A stretch of DNA of 64,000 nucleotides, taken from NCBI RefSeq assembly GCF_006345805.1, contig NC_043016.1, positions 25,606,001-25,670,000 on the forward strand. Direction: 5' to 3'. Positions 1 to 12,127 of the stretch are shown in pieces (within the stretch, counting starts at the first letter, position 1; each line of letters opens with the position of its first letter). The notes below the pieces were generated by a model. It was not told the origin of the DNA. It saw only the letters and a program-made list of their open reading frames with translations, and did no database searches. Source of the stretch: Octopus sinensis. Its lineage: Eukaryota. The position numbers were made by a program, and so were the translations under genes.

Positions 1-170
1 TACATATATATATATATATATATACATATAATATATACATACATAGGTATATATATATATACATACATATGTATATATATATACACATATATGTATGTGT
101 ACATATATATATATACACACACAGATTACACATATATATAGATACATATATATATATATATTTATAATAA
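1..170. repeat. (TA)n/(TACA)n microsatellite; similar TA, CA, ATT, ATC and ATCT arrays occur throughout the window
   Basis: Direct dinucleotide and tetranucleotide periodicity; such arrays produce the YIYIY, HTHTH and CVCVC ORFs in the track. Confidence 0.95.
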
Positions 171-171
171 G

Positions 172-440
172 TGTAGGTCGTATATGAGTGGGTATATATT
201 TATAAAAAAGTTTGAAAACGCCACTATATAAGATAAATTTTAATTTTCTTAGAAATTTTACATGTTTCGGTTCTTCTTGAAAAAAACGAACCTCATCAAA
301 AATATTTTAAAAAGTTAAGCGTAATAAAAAAGTTCATATTGTTTCTTACTGGTCTCAACAGAATCCACATGGTGGTTTTTTTGTGAGGAGTGAGCATAAT
401 AGCTGTCTTATGTGTTCGAATAAAACTAAGGTAATGTATA
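172..440 (-). mobile_element. Penelope-like (PLE) LTR relic with degenerate hammerhead core
   Basis: Minus strand reads tTGATGA-ggttc...gaacc-GAAA-catgTA, flanked by (TA)n as is typical of PLE LTR relics. Confidence 0.45.
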
Positions 441-823
441 TTATATATATATATATGTAATGTAATAATATATATATAGATATATATATATAGATATATA
501 TATATACATTTTATCTGTTTGTTCCCTTTTGGGCTATGAAAAGTCTTTTTATATTTTTGTTGATTGTAATATTCATACCAATATGACAAAGAACTCATTT
601 TTATTTCAAGAAGGAAGAGTTTTTTTTTTTTTGTTTTTGTCTTTGGAATTAATTAAACTCTGAAACAATTTGTAGAATTTTATATTGGATCTGTACCAAC
701 CTGAATTATGAATTAAAGATCGTCTACAACTACAATTTTTTTCTTTCCTTATACTTCTCTTATACATATATACAAAAATATATATATATATACATTCATA
801 CATACACACACACACATATAACT

Positions 824-1312
824 TTCATCCTTTACCTTCTTCAGTCATCAGACTGTGTCCCTGCTGGGCAATACCTTGAAGAAATTTTTGTCAAAAGAAT
901 CAATCACAGTACTATTTATTTATTAAAGCCTATTGCTTATTCTATCAATCTCTTTTGCTGAACCACTAAGTTGCAAAGGCATAAGTATACCAGCACTTCT
1001 TGTCAAGCAGCAGTGGAGGTTTCAATTATGAAACACAGACGCGCGCGCACACACACACACACACACACGTACACAAACACACACACATGTTGGGTTTGTT
1101 AAAGCTTCTCCTTCACCCTGCTTATATATATATTCGCCATCGCTAGCCACTAAACCTTTTTCTATTTCCCCTCCTTGTTTATTTCTGTGTTCCTTTCTGT
1201 CAAAGAGTGTAGGCTCGAAACGTAAAAGACTTTCTCACTTTCCGAGCGTTAAACTAATACACCTATTTGTTGTTTACACACCCGTTTTCGTCTTTTGTTT
1301 TTTAGTAAATTC

Positions 1313-1368
<56 letters not shown>

Positions 1369-1522
1369 TGACAGTCTTCTTTCAGTTTCTGTCTAACAAA
1401 TTCACCCACAAGGCTTTGGTTGGCTCAAGGCTATACTGGAAGACACTTGCCCAAGATGTCACATGGCGGGCCTGAACCTGGGACCATGTGGTTGCAAAGT
1501 GAGCTTCATACCACACAGCCAC
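824..1522 (-). mobile_element. SINE-A, decayed and interrupted
   Basis: Tail at 824-1015 and head at 1370-1522 match the reverse complement of intact copies (e.g. 3239-3705) with CpG decay. Confidence 0.8.
1125..1318 (+). mobile_element. Penelope-like LTR relic nested in SINE-A
   Basis: GAGTGTAGGCTC-GAAACGTA hammerhead-like motif; ends in (TA)n. Confidence 0.55.
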
Positions 1523-1644
1523 ATTTATAGTGCTAGAGAACATGGTGGGGTGAAGGAGAAGATTTGACAAGCCCAAATAAATATTTAGATACATACACAT
1601 AAACAAAATAAAACTAGGTAAGGGCTCAATTGTGTATACATACC

Positions 1645-1985
1645 TTATGCTTCCAGAACCTTTTGGTTGGGTTATGACTGAAAATGTACAACTTTGACTG
1701 CAAGCAGATATGGAGTTGATCTGAAGGATGTCTGGTGTAACATTACTCAGCAGGATATAGAGCTTGGAGATCAGTGAGGCTCTCCAGGTCAAGCTACTAT
1801 TTCTCTGCATTGAGAGGTCACTGCTATGGTACTATGGACATGTGATTAGAATGCTTCAGGAAAGAACTGCAAGACAGATTCTTCAAGCTAAGCCAACTGG
1901 CTGGAAATGTCAGGGTTTGACCAAGGATAAACAATTGGATAATATCCATGGTTACAGTCGGTCACACTTGGGTTGTTTCTGACTG
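1645..1985 (+). mobile_element. RTE-clade LINE ORF2 C-terminal fragment (Rex3/Expander-like)
   Basis: ERSLLWYYGHVIRMLQERTARQILQAKPTG matches the RTE post-RT motif RWyGHvxRM...arxil...GrrprGRP. Confidence 0.8.
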
Positions 1986-2079
1986 GGCCCTATCGAGTAC
2001 TCTATCTCCATGACACTCCCAATTGCAGGTAGAAAAGATTGATGGATGGCTTCCGAAACCTCCATTTTGTCAAGATAGA

Positions 2080-2315
2080 CAGGTCTTCCTGAGCACTGTA
2101 TATTGCTTGTTGTCCCAGTCTTTTTATTGTCTTCTCCATGACATTTAAAGTTCTGAGATCAACCTTCAGTACTTTGTTCCATATTTTCTGTGCCTTTTAC
2201 TTCCACAAGTTCTTTCAACCTTAAGTGATTGACACTTCTTTATGTAGTTGTCCTCGTCCATACACATTATATGATTATACCTCTTCTCTTTTGCACACAC
2301 CTGATGATTCTTCGT
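2080..2315 (-). mobile_element. RTE-clade LINE 3' fragment, decayed
   Basis: Reverse complement aligns by eye to the RTE copy at 61690-61935. Confidence 0.65.
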
Positions 2316-2379
2316 ATAAATATAAATATATATCTTCTTTCCAACTTAATAAAGTATTAGTAGACCCTACTAGCATCAG

Positions 2380-2925
2380 AGAAATGGTTATACTTAAAGT
2401 GTAGGAAAGGATAACTTGTATAAACTATGGACCCGTAAAAGGTATAGGGGGAGCACAGGCTGATTAACAGGAAAGGATACTTCACATTTAGCAGATGCAT
2501 AGGGACAACAGGCTCTTTGAGCCCACAAGAAATAGATACTATTAAATACCTGTAAATTTTCCAATAAGTAGATGATAGCTTCTGCTCTTCATTTAATCTA
2601 ATTAAGAGACTGGAAAAAGTTCATGGTACTATTGCCTAGATTGAAAATGAGGGGCTTCTCCATAAGAGAGAAACCATTTTCCTTAATTGTAACTGCGTGA
2701 AGTGCAATGCTGCATTGTGGTGCATAGGCCTTAAATGCAGAGGACTTGCAGAAATAAAAAGGGTAAAGAAGTGCTCAATGCTCAAAGTGAATGGAGCCCA
2801 TGGAAGTGGGGAAGCTAAAAAAGACTTGAGGATGAAGTGTTGCAGACTGATCTCAAGATATTGAATCTCACAGAAAAGATGACAAAAGACTGTGTTGACT
2901 GATAATTTATAGTGCAAGAGAGGGC
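2380..2925 (+). mobile_element. RTE-clade LINE fragment, heavily decayed
   Basis: Broken frames resembling VDSFCYL, LKVNGAHGSGK..KT and EVLQTDLKILNLTEKMTKD. Confidence 0.55.
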
Positions 2926-3238
2926 TTGACCACAGAAGACCAAACATGTAGTACAAGCATAGTAAACTGATAGTTACGTAAATTGTGTGAGAGAGATAAC
3001 ATGCATATATAGGTGTGTGCATGTGTGTGAAATTGCTGTCTCTTACACATTTTGAGACCCCTTCGTCTCCCTATCACCTGTTTTCCTGCATCTTCATCTT
3101 TACTACTCAAATCTTCAATCATTTGTGCCATTCATTGGTACTAGACCCACCAGCTTTCTATCATCTGCTCTCCTGCAACCTCCTTATTACTGAACCTCTC
3201 CAGTCAATTTCAAATTTCCATTTATAAGAAAAAACAAG

Positions 3239-3442
3239 GAGTGGCTGTAGGCGCAGGAGTGGCTGTGTGGTAAGTAGCTTGCTTACCAACCACATGGTTC
3301 TGGGTTCAGTCCCACTGCGTGGCACCTTGGGCAAGTGTCTTCTACTATAGCCTCTGGCCGACCAAAGCCTTGTGAGTGGATTTGGTAGACGGAAACTGAA
3401 AGAAACCCATTCATATGTATGTATATGTTATATATATAACAT

Positions 3443-3481
<39 letters not shown>

Positions 3482-3705
3482 GTGTGTGTGTGTGTTTGTA
3501 TACCTGGTTTGTCCCCCCCAACATCACTTGACAACCGATGCTGGAGTGTTTACGTCCCCGTAACTTAGCAGTTCAGCAAAGAGACCGATAGAAAAAAGTA
3601 CTAGGCTTACAAAGGAATAAGTCCTGGGGTCGATTTGCTCGACTAAAGGCGGTGCTCCAGCATGGCCACAGTCAAATGACTGAAACAAGTAAAAGAGTAA
3701 AAGAG
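3239..3705 (+). mobile_element. SINE-A full-length copy (tRNA-derived)
   Basis: A-box-like TGGCTGTGTGG, B-box-like GGTTCAGTCC, CORE-like CCTTGGGCAAG, internal TA/TG microsatellite and GTAAAAGA tail; many copies in the window. Confidence 0.9.
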
Positions 3706-3831
3706 TTATTGTCCTGTCTCACTATGTCTGACATCATACTCTTGTTCCTTTCCTCTGGGTTTCTACAACCACTCTGTATGTGTGTGTGTTGCTGTTTAGT
3801 CATTGCCCTATCCTCTAAGCCACATTGCCTT

Positions 3832-3867
<36 letters not shown>

Positions 3868-3899
3868 AAAAATATTGAGTAACCCTGCTCATTTTAAAA

Positions 3900-3999
3900 N
3901 NNNNNNNNNNNNNNNNNNNNNNNNNNNNNNNNNNNNNNNNNNNNNNNNNNNNNNNNNNNNNNNNNNNNNNNNNNNNNNNNNNNNNNNNNNNNNNNNNNN
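3900..3999. other. Assembly gap (100 N)
   Basis: Run of exactly 100 N. Confidence 1.
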
Positions 4000-4224
4000 A
4001 AGGAGACAATAACACACACACACAAACAATGGCCCTCTTTCAGTTTTCATCTTCCAAATAGCAAGGCTTTTGGTCAATGGGTCTATAGTAGAAGAAATTT
4101 ACCTAAGATGCTACACAGTGAAACTGAACCCAAAACCATGTGGTCTTGAAGTAAACTTTTCGCCACACAGCTATACCACTCGTTCATATTGGAAAATTTA
4201 TTTTTCACCTATGATGAGACTATA

Positions 4225-4760
4225 GTCTATCTAACTTGAGAGCTCACCAGATTAGTTAATGGTATGGCTCTTGAAGTTTGTGCTGTAGATCTTGAGATCA
4301 CTTGCTTCTCAATATTCCAGGAGTCTTGATCTCTTCAGTTTTTTATTCTGAACCCAAAGCCACCATAGTGGTGTTGTATAACACACTCAATGAAATCACC
4401 ACCTGTGATAGTGAAGTCATCGTCATTTGTTATTCAGGTAGTTTGCAGAATGGTCTCATAAAACCCATCATTCCATTCATTTACTTACCCAGAAACTTTG
4501 CCTATGGCCAATCAAAATTTGACAATTCTACCACTTACTCTGACTACCTCCATTATATTCTTTATCCAATTTTCTACTAACAGAATGCCAACACCACTTA
4601 TCCAGCAGTTCTTACCCACCCAAAACAATTTATACACCTGTGTCTTTGCCTGAGGTGTCTGACTAAAGCTCTCCTCCATCATGACTCATGCACACAGCAC
4701 ATACCCACTCATCTCTAACTTTTCTATAGTCTCAAACCTACCTTCATAGTGCCACTGTTA
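4225..4760 (-). mobile_element. RTE-clade LINE apurinic endonuclease fragment
   Basis: Minus strand gives KLFWVGK...SGVGILLVENWIKNIMEVVRVSGRIVK and GDF...GGFGFR...QIDY-like APE motifs, with stops. Confidence 0.75.
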
Positions 4761-5317
4761 AGAGTGGCTGCCCTAAAGTTTTACCTCTCATAGAAAAGTT
4801 TGTGTGTGTTTATCAGTCCCGCTTGGGTAAACTTGTGTCAGCTCTGTGCTTCTGAAAGAAGGTTTATGCAATTCTTTGTTCTTATCCATAGCTTAAAAGA
4901 GTAATGTGTGTCACCAAATGGTTTACTATTTTGTCCATCATTCATTGTCAAGCTGTTATAGATAATCATTAACAAGTTATTGCAAACAGTCATTAGCAGC
5001 TATTATTAATAGTCATTAAAAAGATTGGTAATAGAGAGTGGATCAGTAAGATCTAAAATGTACACACACACACACACACAAATTTATCATGTACTGTGAG
5101 AATTTGTTCTGGCACCCCATCACTACTATCTTTATCTTCTTCCAGCTACTCATCACAACCTTAATAATATGGAATAGTCTTGCTGTCCCTCTGTCATATT
5201 TTAACCTCCAAACAACTGGCATTGTTAATACTCTTAAATACTCACCCTCTCACTTAGTTATACCCCCCCCTTTTTTTTCCTGCTATTTAAATTTTTTTTT
5301 CCTTGTCATATAAGTTA

Positions 5318-5510
5318 CTTGGCAACCTCACTACCGTCGATGGCAAGAAAAAAAAAAAACACCCGGTACACTCTGATTGGCGTTAGGGAGGACATCCAGC
5401 TGCAGAAACCATGCCTGGAACTCGATGGAGCCCTGCAGCTCTCCATATAATATCAAATCAACCAAACCATGCCAGCATGGAAAACAGGCGTTGAGTGATG
5501 ATAATGATGT
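5318..5510 (+). mobile_element. RTE-type 3' tail (non-coding)
   Basis: TTGGCGTTAGG..CATCCAGCTG..GCATGGAAAA..GATGAT. Other copies: 11410-11550(+), 25197-25400(-), 25795-25912(+), 38968-39105(-), 52135-52380(+), 54965-55027(+), 57335-57740(-), 59580-59748(+). Confidence 0.8.
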
Positions 5511-5546
<36 letters not shown>

Positions 5547-5574
5547 AATATGCGAGAAAGAAAATGAAATTTAA

Positions 5575-6000
5575 GAGAAAACTTTATTAATCACTGTGAT
5601 TGTTCCGCCTATCATCCATCGGTCTCTGATTGTCTCGACCAATCGTCCATCGGGTCAGAATCTGTTCAAATAATTGTAGGGCATCTTACGGTGTATATGT
5701 GCCCCCCTCCGCTATCTCACACACGGACATAGTCTATGAGTGTATTATGCGCCCTCGGCTCCTGATGACGTTGTAGAAGTGCTGTCACAACATACGGTAT
5801 GTTTTGGGCTGACCAAACTGATTTTTCCAGAGATAGAAACAGATAGAAAGAGAGAGAGAGAGAGAGAGAAAGGATGGGGAACGAACTGTTTCCCGCACAG
5901 GAGTGGTATTTCATTGGCTCCATAAAGATAATAGATCAAATCGACTTCGATTGGATTTGAACTCAATCTAATACTCTAGCAACTCCTCCAATTGGGCATG
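5575..6000. other. CpG-rich segment: PLE-LTR-like relic and/or promoter-like with several CCAAT/ATTGG motifs
   Basis: AATAAA on minus at about 5583; two tandem CCGATGG..GA(G/A)ACAATC units; CCAAT/ATTGG near 5639, 5914, 5950 and 5989. Confidence 0.3.
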
Positions 6001-6242
6001 TGACAGATGCACATGCATACATATATATTTTTATGTATGCATGTGTGTGTGTATTATATATATATATATATGCATGCATGTATATATATATATATATGCA
6101 TGCATGTGTGTATATATGTATATATATTTATATATATATATATATATATGTACATACACTATAGAAATGGTCGTATAGCAAAATATGTAAATACACATGT
6201 GTTGAATCTATATAATTATATACTCTTTATAAACTATGTGTA

Positions 6243-6289
<47 letters not shown>

Positions 6290-6463
6290 GCGCGCGCGCG
6301 GCTTATTCAAACACAACTCCCACTCAACAAAAATTTTATAAATTTGACTCTACTCTCGTATTGGGTCTCTCTTCATCAGGTAATATTCCGTTGTTTAAAA
6401 CTTGCTTTGGAACATAATCTTAATAATTCAACAATCATACACACACACGTGTGTGCATTCAAT

Positions 6464-6498
<35 letters not shown>

Positions 6499-7292
6499 TA
6501 TAAAAGGTATTTATTATAATATACCAATCTCTCCCTACCTTCTACTATATAATGTTAAACACTATTTGTACATGTGAATCAGTGCAGGTCTTTGCTGTTT
6601 TTTTTTTCCTAGATTCAAATCAGAAATCAACGTGTCCAGGTGTAGTAGTAGAGTAGTCTTTATTCACGATATACTTATATTTCAAGTAGACTCGTTATTT
6701 AAATGGGTTTGTATATATTTGTGTGCGTGTGTGTATTTGCATCGGTGTAAGCGACACAAACCTGTAATGTATGTAATGTAAGTACACCAGTGCTATTTTC
6801 ATAGGTGTGCCTAAAATATACTTTTAAGTGTGTGTGTTATCAGTCTATCTGTGTACGTGTGTGTGATCGCCTGTTAGATAAGTGCTCCTAGTGTTCAGGG
6901 ATCCGTACGTTATATATTTTTCCCCTCCCTTAGTTCCTTTTACATACCAGCATATGTGATAGGTAGAGCAAATCAATAACAAAAGGCAAAATCAAATACA
7001 AAAAAAAATTACAAAACTCTAAGGGGACATTCACAGTTAATATTATTAGTTTGACGCTCAAAGGAAAAAAAAGTTATAGTTGCCTAACTGACTCCTCCGA
7101 AAAAAAAAAAAAAAAAGAAGCAAAATAATAATAATAATCTAAGAGAACCTGAATATAATTTACATTTTCACTGAACTTCTTTCTTTTCGTGGGTAAAGAC
7201 TGTTAAAAAAAAATGTATAAAGAAAAAAATGATAAACGACTTCACACAAGAAACACGAACAGCAGATAATTACATACACACACACACGCATG

Positions 7293-7327
<35 letters not shown>

Positions 7328-7408
7328 CAAACACATACATACGTTCGCGCGCACGCACACACCACACACCAACACACACTCATTCAGATAATCACGCTAG
7401 ATGCAATT

Positions 7409-7477
7409 ATGACTGTTTTCACTGCTAACCTAAATCTACCCTGTTGGCTCTGCTTACTTTTCACGTTAAGTTTTCAG
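7409..7477 (+). CDS. Candidate first coding exon encoding a signal-peptide-like N-terminus (MTVFTANLNLPCWLCLLFTLSFQ)
   Basis: ATG with A at -3, hydrophobic stretch and CAG|GTATTT donor (phase 0), inside the CpG-retaining domain. No downstream exon confirmed. Confidence 0.35.
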
Positions 7478-7971
7478 GTATTTATTCATACATACACCCA
7501 CACACTAACACACACACACGTGCATATATATGTAACATATATATATATATACACACACATATATATATATATATATACATACATACATATTGTAGTTGCC
7601 TGTAATAGATATAACGTGATTTTATGTGTCAACAATTAATAGTTATCTGATATAATCTGGAAAAAGAAAAGGGGGAAAAAAAAAATCTTAGCGGGAAATT
7701 AATATTGACAATTGAAGAAGATTTAAAATATCTGTGTGTGTTACTTATTTGTTTTATGTTCTGCATATAGATTTAAGGCAGTTACTGAAAAAAAAAAAAA
7801 AAAAAAAAAAAAATCTTCCACATGCGTCAGGTTTCATCTGGTAGGAATGTCATTCATATAGAAAATGTTTCGCTTCTTTGGTTGCTTATACAGGAAGGAA
7901 AAAATAAACCTAAACAGCAAGCTCGGTGTGTTTTTCATTATTGGTTTTCCTACTTTTCAGTGTGTATATAT

Positions 7972-8025
<54 letters not shown>

Positions 8026-8294
8026 TCTTTTTCTATTAGCAGTTATCGTGCTAGATCAATTAGTAAGTTTTTATTGATTAATGTTTTATAATAACTGTTG
8101 CTTTCTTTATTAAAAAGAAAAGAAAAAAACCGTCATCTACCTACTTATTTCTTTAACAGTCCGCTTTTAGAAGATTCATACAATTACATTTAATTTGTTT
8201 TGCATTACAAGTATATTTAGTTCTTCTAAGAAAATAACTTTAGTTCCTTATAAATTAACTCGTCTGTATTGTTTGTTTGTTAATAATAATAAAT

Positions 8295-9300
8295 TCTGCT
8301 GTAGGCACAAGCCCTGAAAATTTGGAGCTTGGGAATAGACGAGTTGATTATATTGATTCTCAGTTCCCAACTGCTACTTATTTAATCGGCCGCCAAAAGG
8401 AAGAAAAGCAAAGTCAACCTTAATAATAATTGTTTGTAATTTGGGCAAGAGGCCAGCACTTTTGAGGGGGAAGGGTTATTCGATACCATTTACCTCAGTA
8501 CTTGACTGATATTTTGTTAATTTTATCGACCCCCCGAAAAAAATGAAAGAGGGTTAAGTTGATCTCGGCGGGATTTGAACTCAAAATGTAAAGAGCCAGA
8601 ATAAATGTCAAGGCCCCGCTCCGATGGCTTAACGAATTTGCCAGCTCGCCGCCTTCTATATATTTCTACTTAGGATTCAAGACCAACAAATTCGCGGGGA
8701 GAAGTTAGTTGATACCAGGGACCTTAGTACATAATTAGTACTTACTTAATCGGCTTTGTAGGATAAAAAAAACAAAGATGACTTCGGCGAGATTTGAACT
8801 CAGAACATAAACGGCTCAGAATAAATAACGGAAAGCACTTTTTCCAACGCTCTAACGATTTTGGCAGTTCACCGCTTTTAAATTGCTTCTAATTTAGACA
8901 TAAAGCCAGCAATTTTGAGCTAATGTTTTAGTCGCGACTCCAGTATCTGACTGGGACTTTTATTTAATCGAGACCAAAACGATGAAAAGTCGAACTTAGA
9001 GAACAATAACAATAATAATAATATCGGTGGTTGTGTCATTTTGAGAGTTTTGTTTTTTAATAACTGATTAAAAATATGTTAAAAGAAAAAATAACTTGAG
9101 AATCGATCGGGTTTATGTCGAAATAACTCAACCTTACCTATTATTATTATTATTATTATTATTAATTCAAATGCTGCCGAGGTCACTTTGCCTTTCATCC
9201 TTTTGGGGTCGATAAAATAAGTACCAAATACTGAGATCGATATAATCGACGTACCCCGCTCCCACTAAATTCCAGGGCCTTGTCGCCTCTAGTAGAAACG
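8295..9300. mobile_element. Cluster of SINE-B copies (mostly minus, last one plus), CpG-intact
   Basis: Repeated GATTTGAACTCAG, TTTATCGACCCC and GGGGTCGATAAAATAAGTACC motifs. Confidence 0.85.
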
Positions 9301-9367
9301 CTTATTCTAATTGAAAATGAACATTTAAACACTGAATTATGCGATAAAGTAGTAAAATGTTTGGGTA

Positions 9368-10302
9368 GACCTACACAAATATGCTCCCCACCACCTACTT
9401 TCTTACATAGGTTTCCGTAAAAATGAATATTTTCTAATGAAATTTTCAACCAATACTCTTCAGATGGGGGTACATTCTGATCATATCGGAAATTGTTGTG
9501 AAAAATTTTTTCCCGTAAGTGGGGAGGGAGAAGGGTTTCGGAAAATTCATACAAGTCAGTTTTGTTTCCTCATAACTTTAAGATAAATGTATATTTTTTT
9601 TGAGTGAAATTTTTCAAGAAATATTTTCAGTGGCGCAGGAGTGGTAAGTAGCCTGTCTACCAACCACATGGTTCCGGGTTCAGTCCCACTGCGTGGCACA
9701 CTGGGCAAGTGTCTTCTAGTATAGCCTCGGGCCGACCAATGCCTTGTGAGTGGATTTGGTAGACGGAAACTGAAAGAAGCCCGTCGTATATATGTATGTA
9801 TATATATGTATGTGTGTGTGTGTTTGTCCCCCTAGCATTGCTTGACAACTGATGCTGGTGTGTTTACGTCCCCGTCACTTAGCGGTTCGGCAAAAGAGAC
9901 TGATAGAATAAGTACTGGACTTACAAAGAATAAGTCCCGGGGTCGAGTTGCTCGATTAAAAGCGGTGCTCCAGCATGGCCGCAGTCAAATGACTGAAACA
10001 AGTAAAAGAGTGTGTGTGTAGATTACAACTATATCGGAATTTAATATGAAAGATAAAACACACACACACTTCACATAACTACAAAATGAAATATGAAATT
10101 TCGAAAAAAAAAGTGTGTTCATTTTTCTGAAAATTATAGGGAAACAAAGCGGATTTTGGGGAATTTTCTGAAACTTCTCTCCCCACTCAAGGAAAAATGT
10201 TTTTATTACAAATTCAGGTATAATTTGTTGAAAATATCCATTTCTATGGCAGTTATGAAGAAACAAAGTCGCAGTAGGGTGGGGGCATACTTGTGTAGGT
10301 AT
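9368..10302. mobile_element. Non-autonomous DNA element with about 250-bp imperfect inverted arms, interrupted by SINE-A
   Basis: CCTACACAAATATGCTCCCCA at left vs the reverse complement of TGGGGGCATACTTGTGTAGG at right; inner arm motifs AGTGGGGAG..GAAG.GTTTC.GAAAATT and TTTGTTTCC are also mirrored. Confidence 0.7.
9632..10010 (+). mobile_element. SINE-A, young copy
   Basis: Near-consensus with CpGs intact. Confidence 0.9.
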
Positions 10303-10751
10303 GTCGAATGTTTCTATTTAAGAAGCAGGAGGAACCAAGGCAGTTCTGTGGTTGAGCTGACGAATTAATTTAATATAATATGACATAATTTAATATAATA
10401 TACAAACACACACACACACACACACAAACATACAACATCACACCAGAGAGAAGTTCTTTTGAACCCAACCTTAATTTCATTTCCATTGTACCCGCTCCCC
10501 ATTGCCACTCGTACTCATATCTCTATCTATCCATCTCCCTCCTTTCTTTCTCATACACACATATTTATTTACACCTGCATTGCATGTGTGTGTATATGTA
10601 TGTATGTATGTATATGTGTGTATATATGTATGTGTGCGTGTGTATATATATATATACATACCCTCATATAATATTGTGTTCTGGGCCATCCGTATATTGA
10701 GTTCTACACCAGGTTATTAGTCTTGCTATGCCAAAGTGAAAGGAGTGACCA

Positions 10752-11128
10752 TAGGCAGAGGAGTGGCTGTGTGGTAAGAAGCTTGCTTCCCAACCACATG
10801 GTTCTGGGTTCAGTCCCACTGCATGGCACCTTTGGAAAATGTCTTCTACTATAGCCTCAGGCCGGCCAAAGCCTTGTGAGTTAGATTTGGTAGATGGAAA
10901 CTGAAAGAAGCCCATTGTATATATATGTGTGTGACTGTTTGTTGCCCCGCCATCACTTGACAACTGATGTTAGTGTGTTTATGCCCCTGTAATTTAGTGG
11001 TCCAGCAAAATTGGCCAATACAATAAGTACTAGGCTTACAAAGAATAAGTCCTGGGGGTCGATTTGTTCGACTAAAGACGGTGCTCTAGCATGGCCACTG
11101 TCAAATGATTGAAACAAGTAAAAGAATA
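10752..11128 (+). mobile_element. SINE-A
   Basis: Head and tail motifs as at 3239. Confidence 0.9.
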
Positions 11129-11559
11129 AAAAAAAGAAATGAAAAAGAGAATATATATATATTTGTGTGTGTGTATAGAGAGAGTTAAAGCATTGGTGTA
11201 ACCATAATCTAGTGATCTGATGAGCTAGCTTTCTTTATCTGCATTGATTTGTAAATATACAATTGTATCATATAATGCATAGCATTTTTAAATAATTTAT
11301 TATTCACTGAAATTATCACATGAAGAAGGCTGTGAAACAGCTGTAATCTATGTGTGAAGATATGTGCATGTATATATGTATGTATGTATAAATATATTTG
11401 TGTGTGTGTATATGGCATCAGAAAGGACATCCAGCTATAGAAAACAAATCAAATCAGACTGGAACCTGATGCAGCTCTCTAGCTTGCTAGCTCTTGTGAA
11501 ACCATCCAACCCTTGCCAGCATGGAAAATGGATTTTATAGGATGATGATATATATATAT

Positions 11560-12127
11560 CAGTCCACCTGTGCATACCTTCCTTCTTGTGACACTTGTGA
11601 AGACCTGTTGAGGCAAGTGAAAATCAAATCAAAACAAATCAAAATAGATGAACATCAATGGAATTTGTATCTTTCTGGTACCAGTGCCGGTGGCACACAA
11701 GAAAATCATCCGAACGTGGCCGTAGCCAGTACCGCATAGACTGGCCTCCGTGCTTTGGGGACGTAACAAACACCATCCGATCGTGGCCGTCCGCCAGCCT
11801 CATCTGGCACCTGTGTCGGTGGCACATAAAAACACCATCCGAGCGTGGCCGTCTGCCAGCCTCGTCTGGCACCTGTGTCGGTGGCACATAAAAACACCAT
11901 CCGAGCGTGGCCGTTCGCCAGCCTCGTCTGGCACCTGTGTCGGTGGCACATAAAATCACCCACTACACTCTCGGAGTGGTTGGCGTTAGGAAGGGCATCC
12001 AGCTGTAGAAACACTGCCAGATCTGACTGGCCTGGTGCAGCCTTCGGGCTCCCCAGACCCCAGTTGAACCGTCCAACCCATGCTAGCATGGAAAACGGAC
12101 GCTAAATGATGATGATGATGATGATGA
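11560..12127 (+). mobile_element. Young RTE-type LINE 3' UTR with internal 62-bp tandem repeats
   Basis: GGCACATAAAA recurs at 11821, 11883 and 11945; ends in (GAT)n; same family as 62560-62892 and 35482-35942. Confidence 0.8.

Noticed and set aside
296-815. Numerous ORFs rich in YI, HT, CV, poly-Y and poly-H across the window
   Set aside because: Translations of TA, CA, TG, ATT and CAT microsatellites.
3239-3330. tRNA-like heads (also 21344, 26500-26588, 32524)
   Set aside because: A/B boxes are present but continue into SINE bodies and do not form a complete cloverleaf.
4483-4640. Strong minus-strand donor TGG|GTAAGT with an upstream open frame
   Set aside because: Lies inside the RTE endonuclease relic.
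5755-5810. CTGATGA followed by a GTTGT/ACAAC hairpin, a possible hammerhead
   Set aside because: No GAAA after the hairpin and no stem I or III partner.
6340-6400. Minus-strand CTGATGA in a PLE-like context
   Set aside because: Stem II, GAAA and stem I cannot be formed convincingly.
7600-7790. Very strong minus-strand acceptors at about 7657 and 7785
   Set aside because: Produced by A/G homopolymer runs; downstream frames stop quickly; no independent support.
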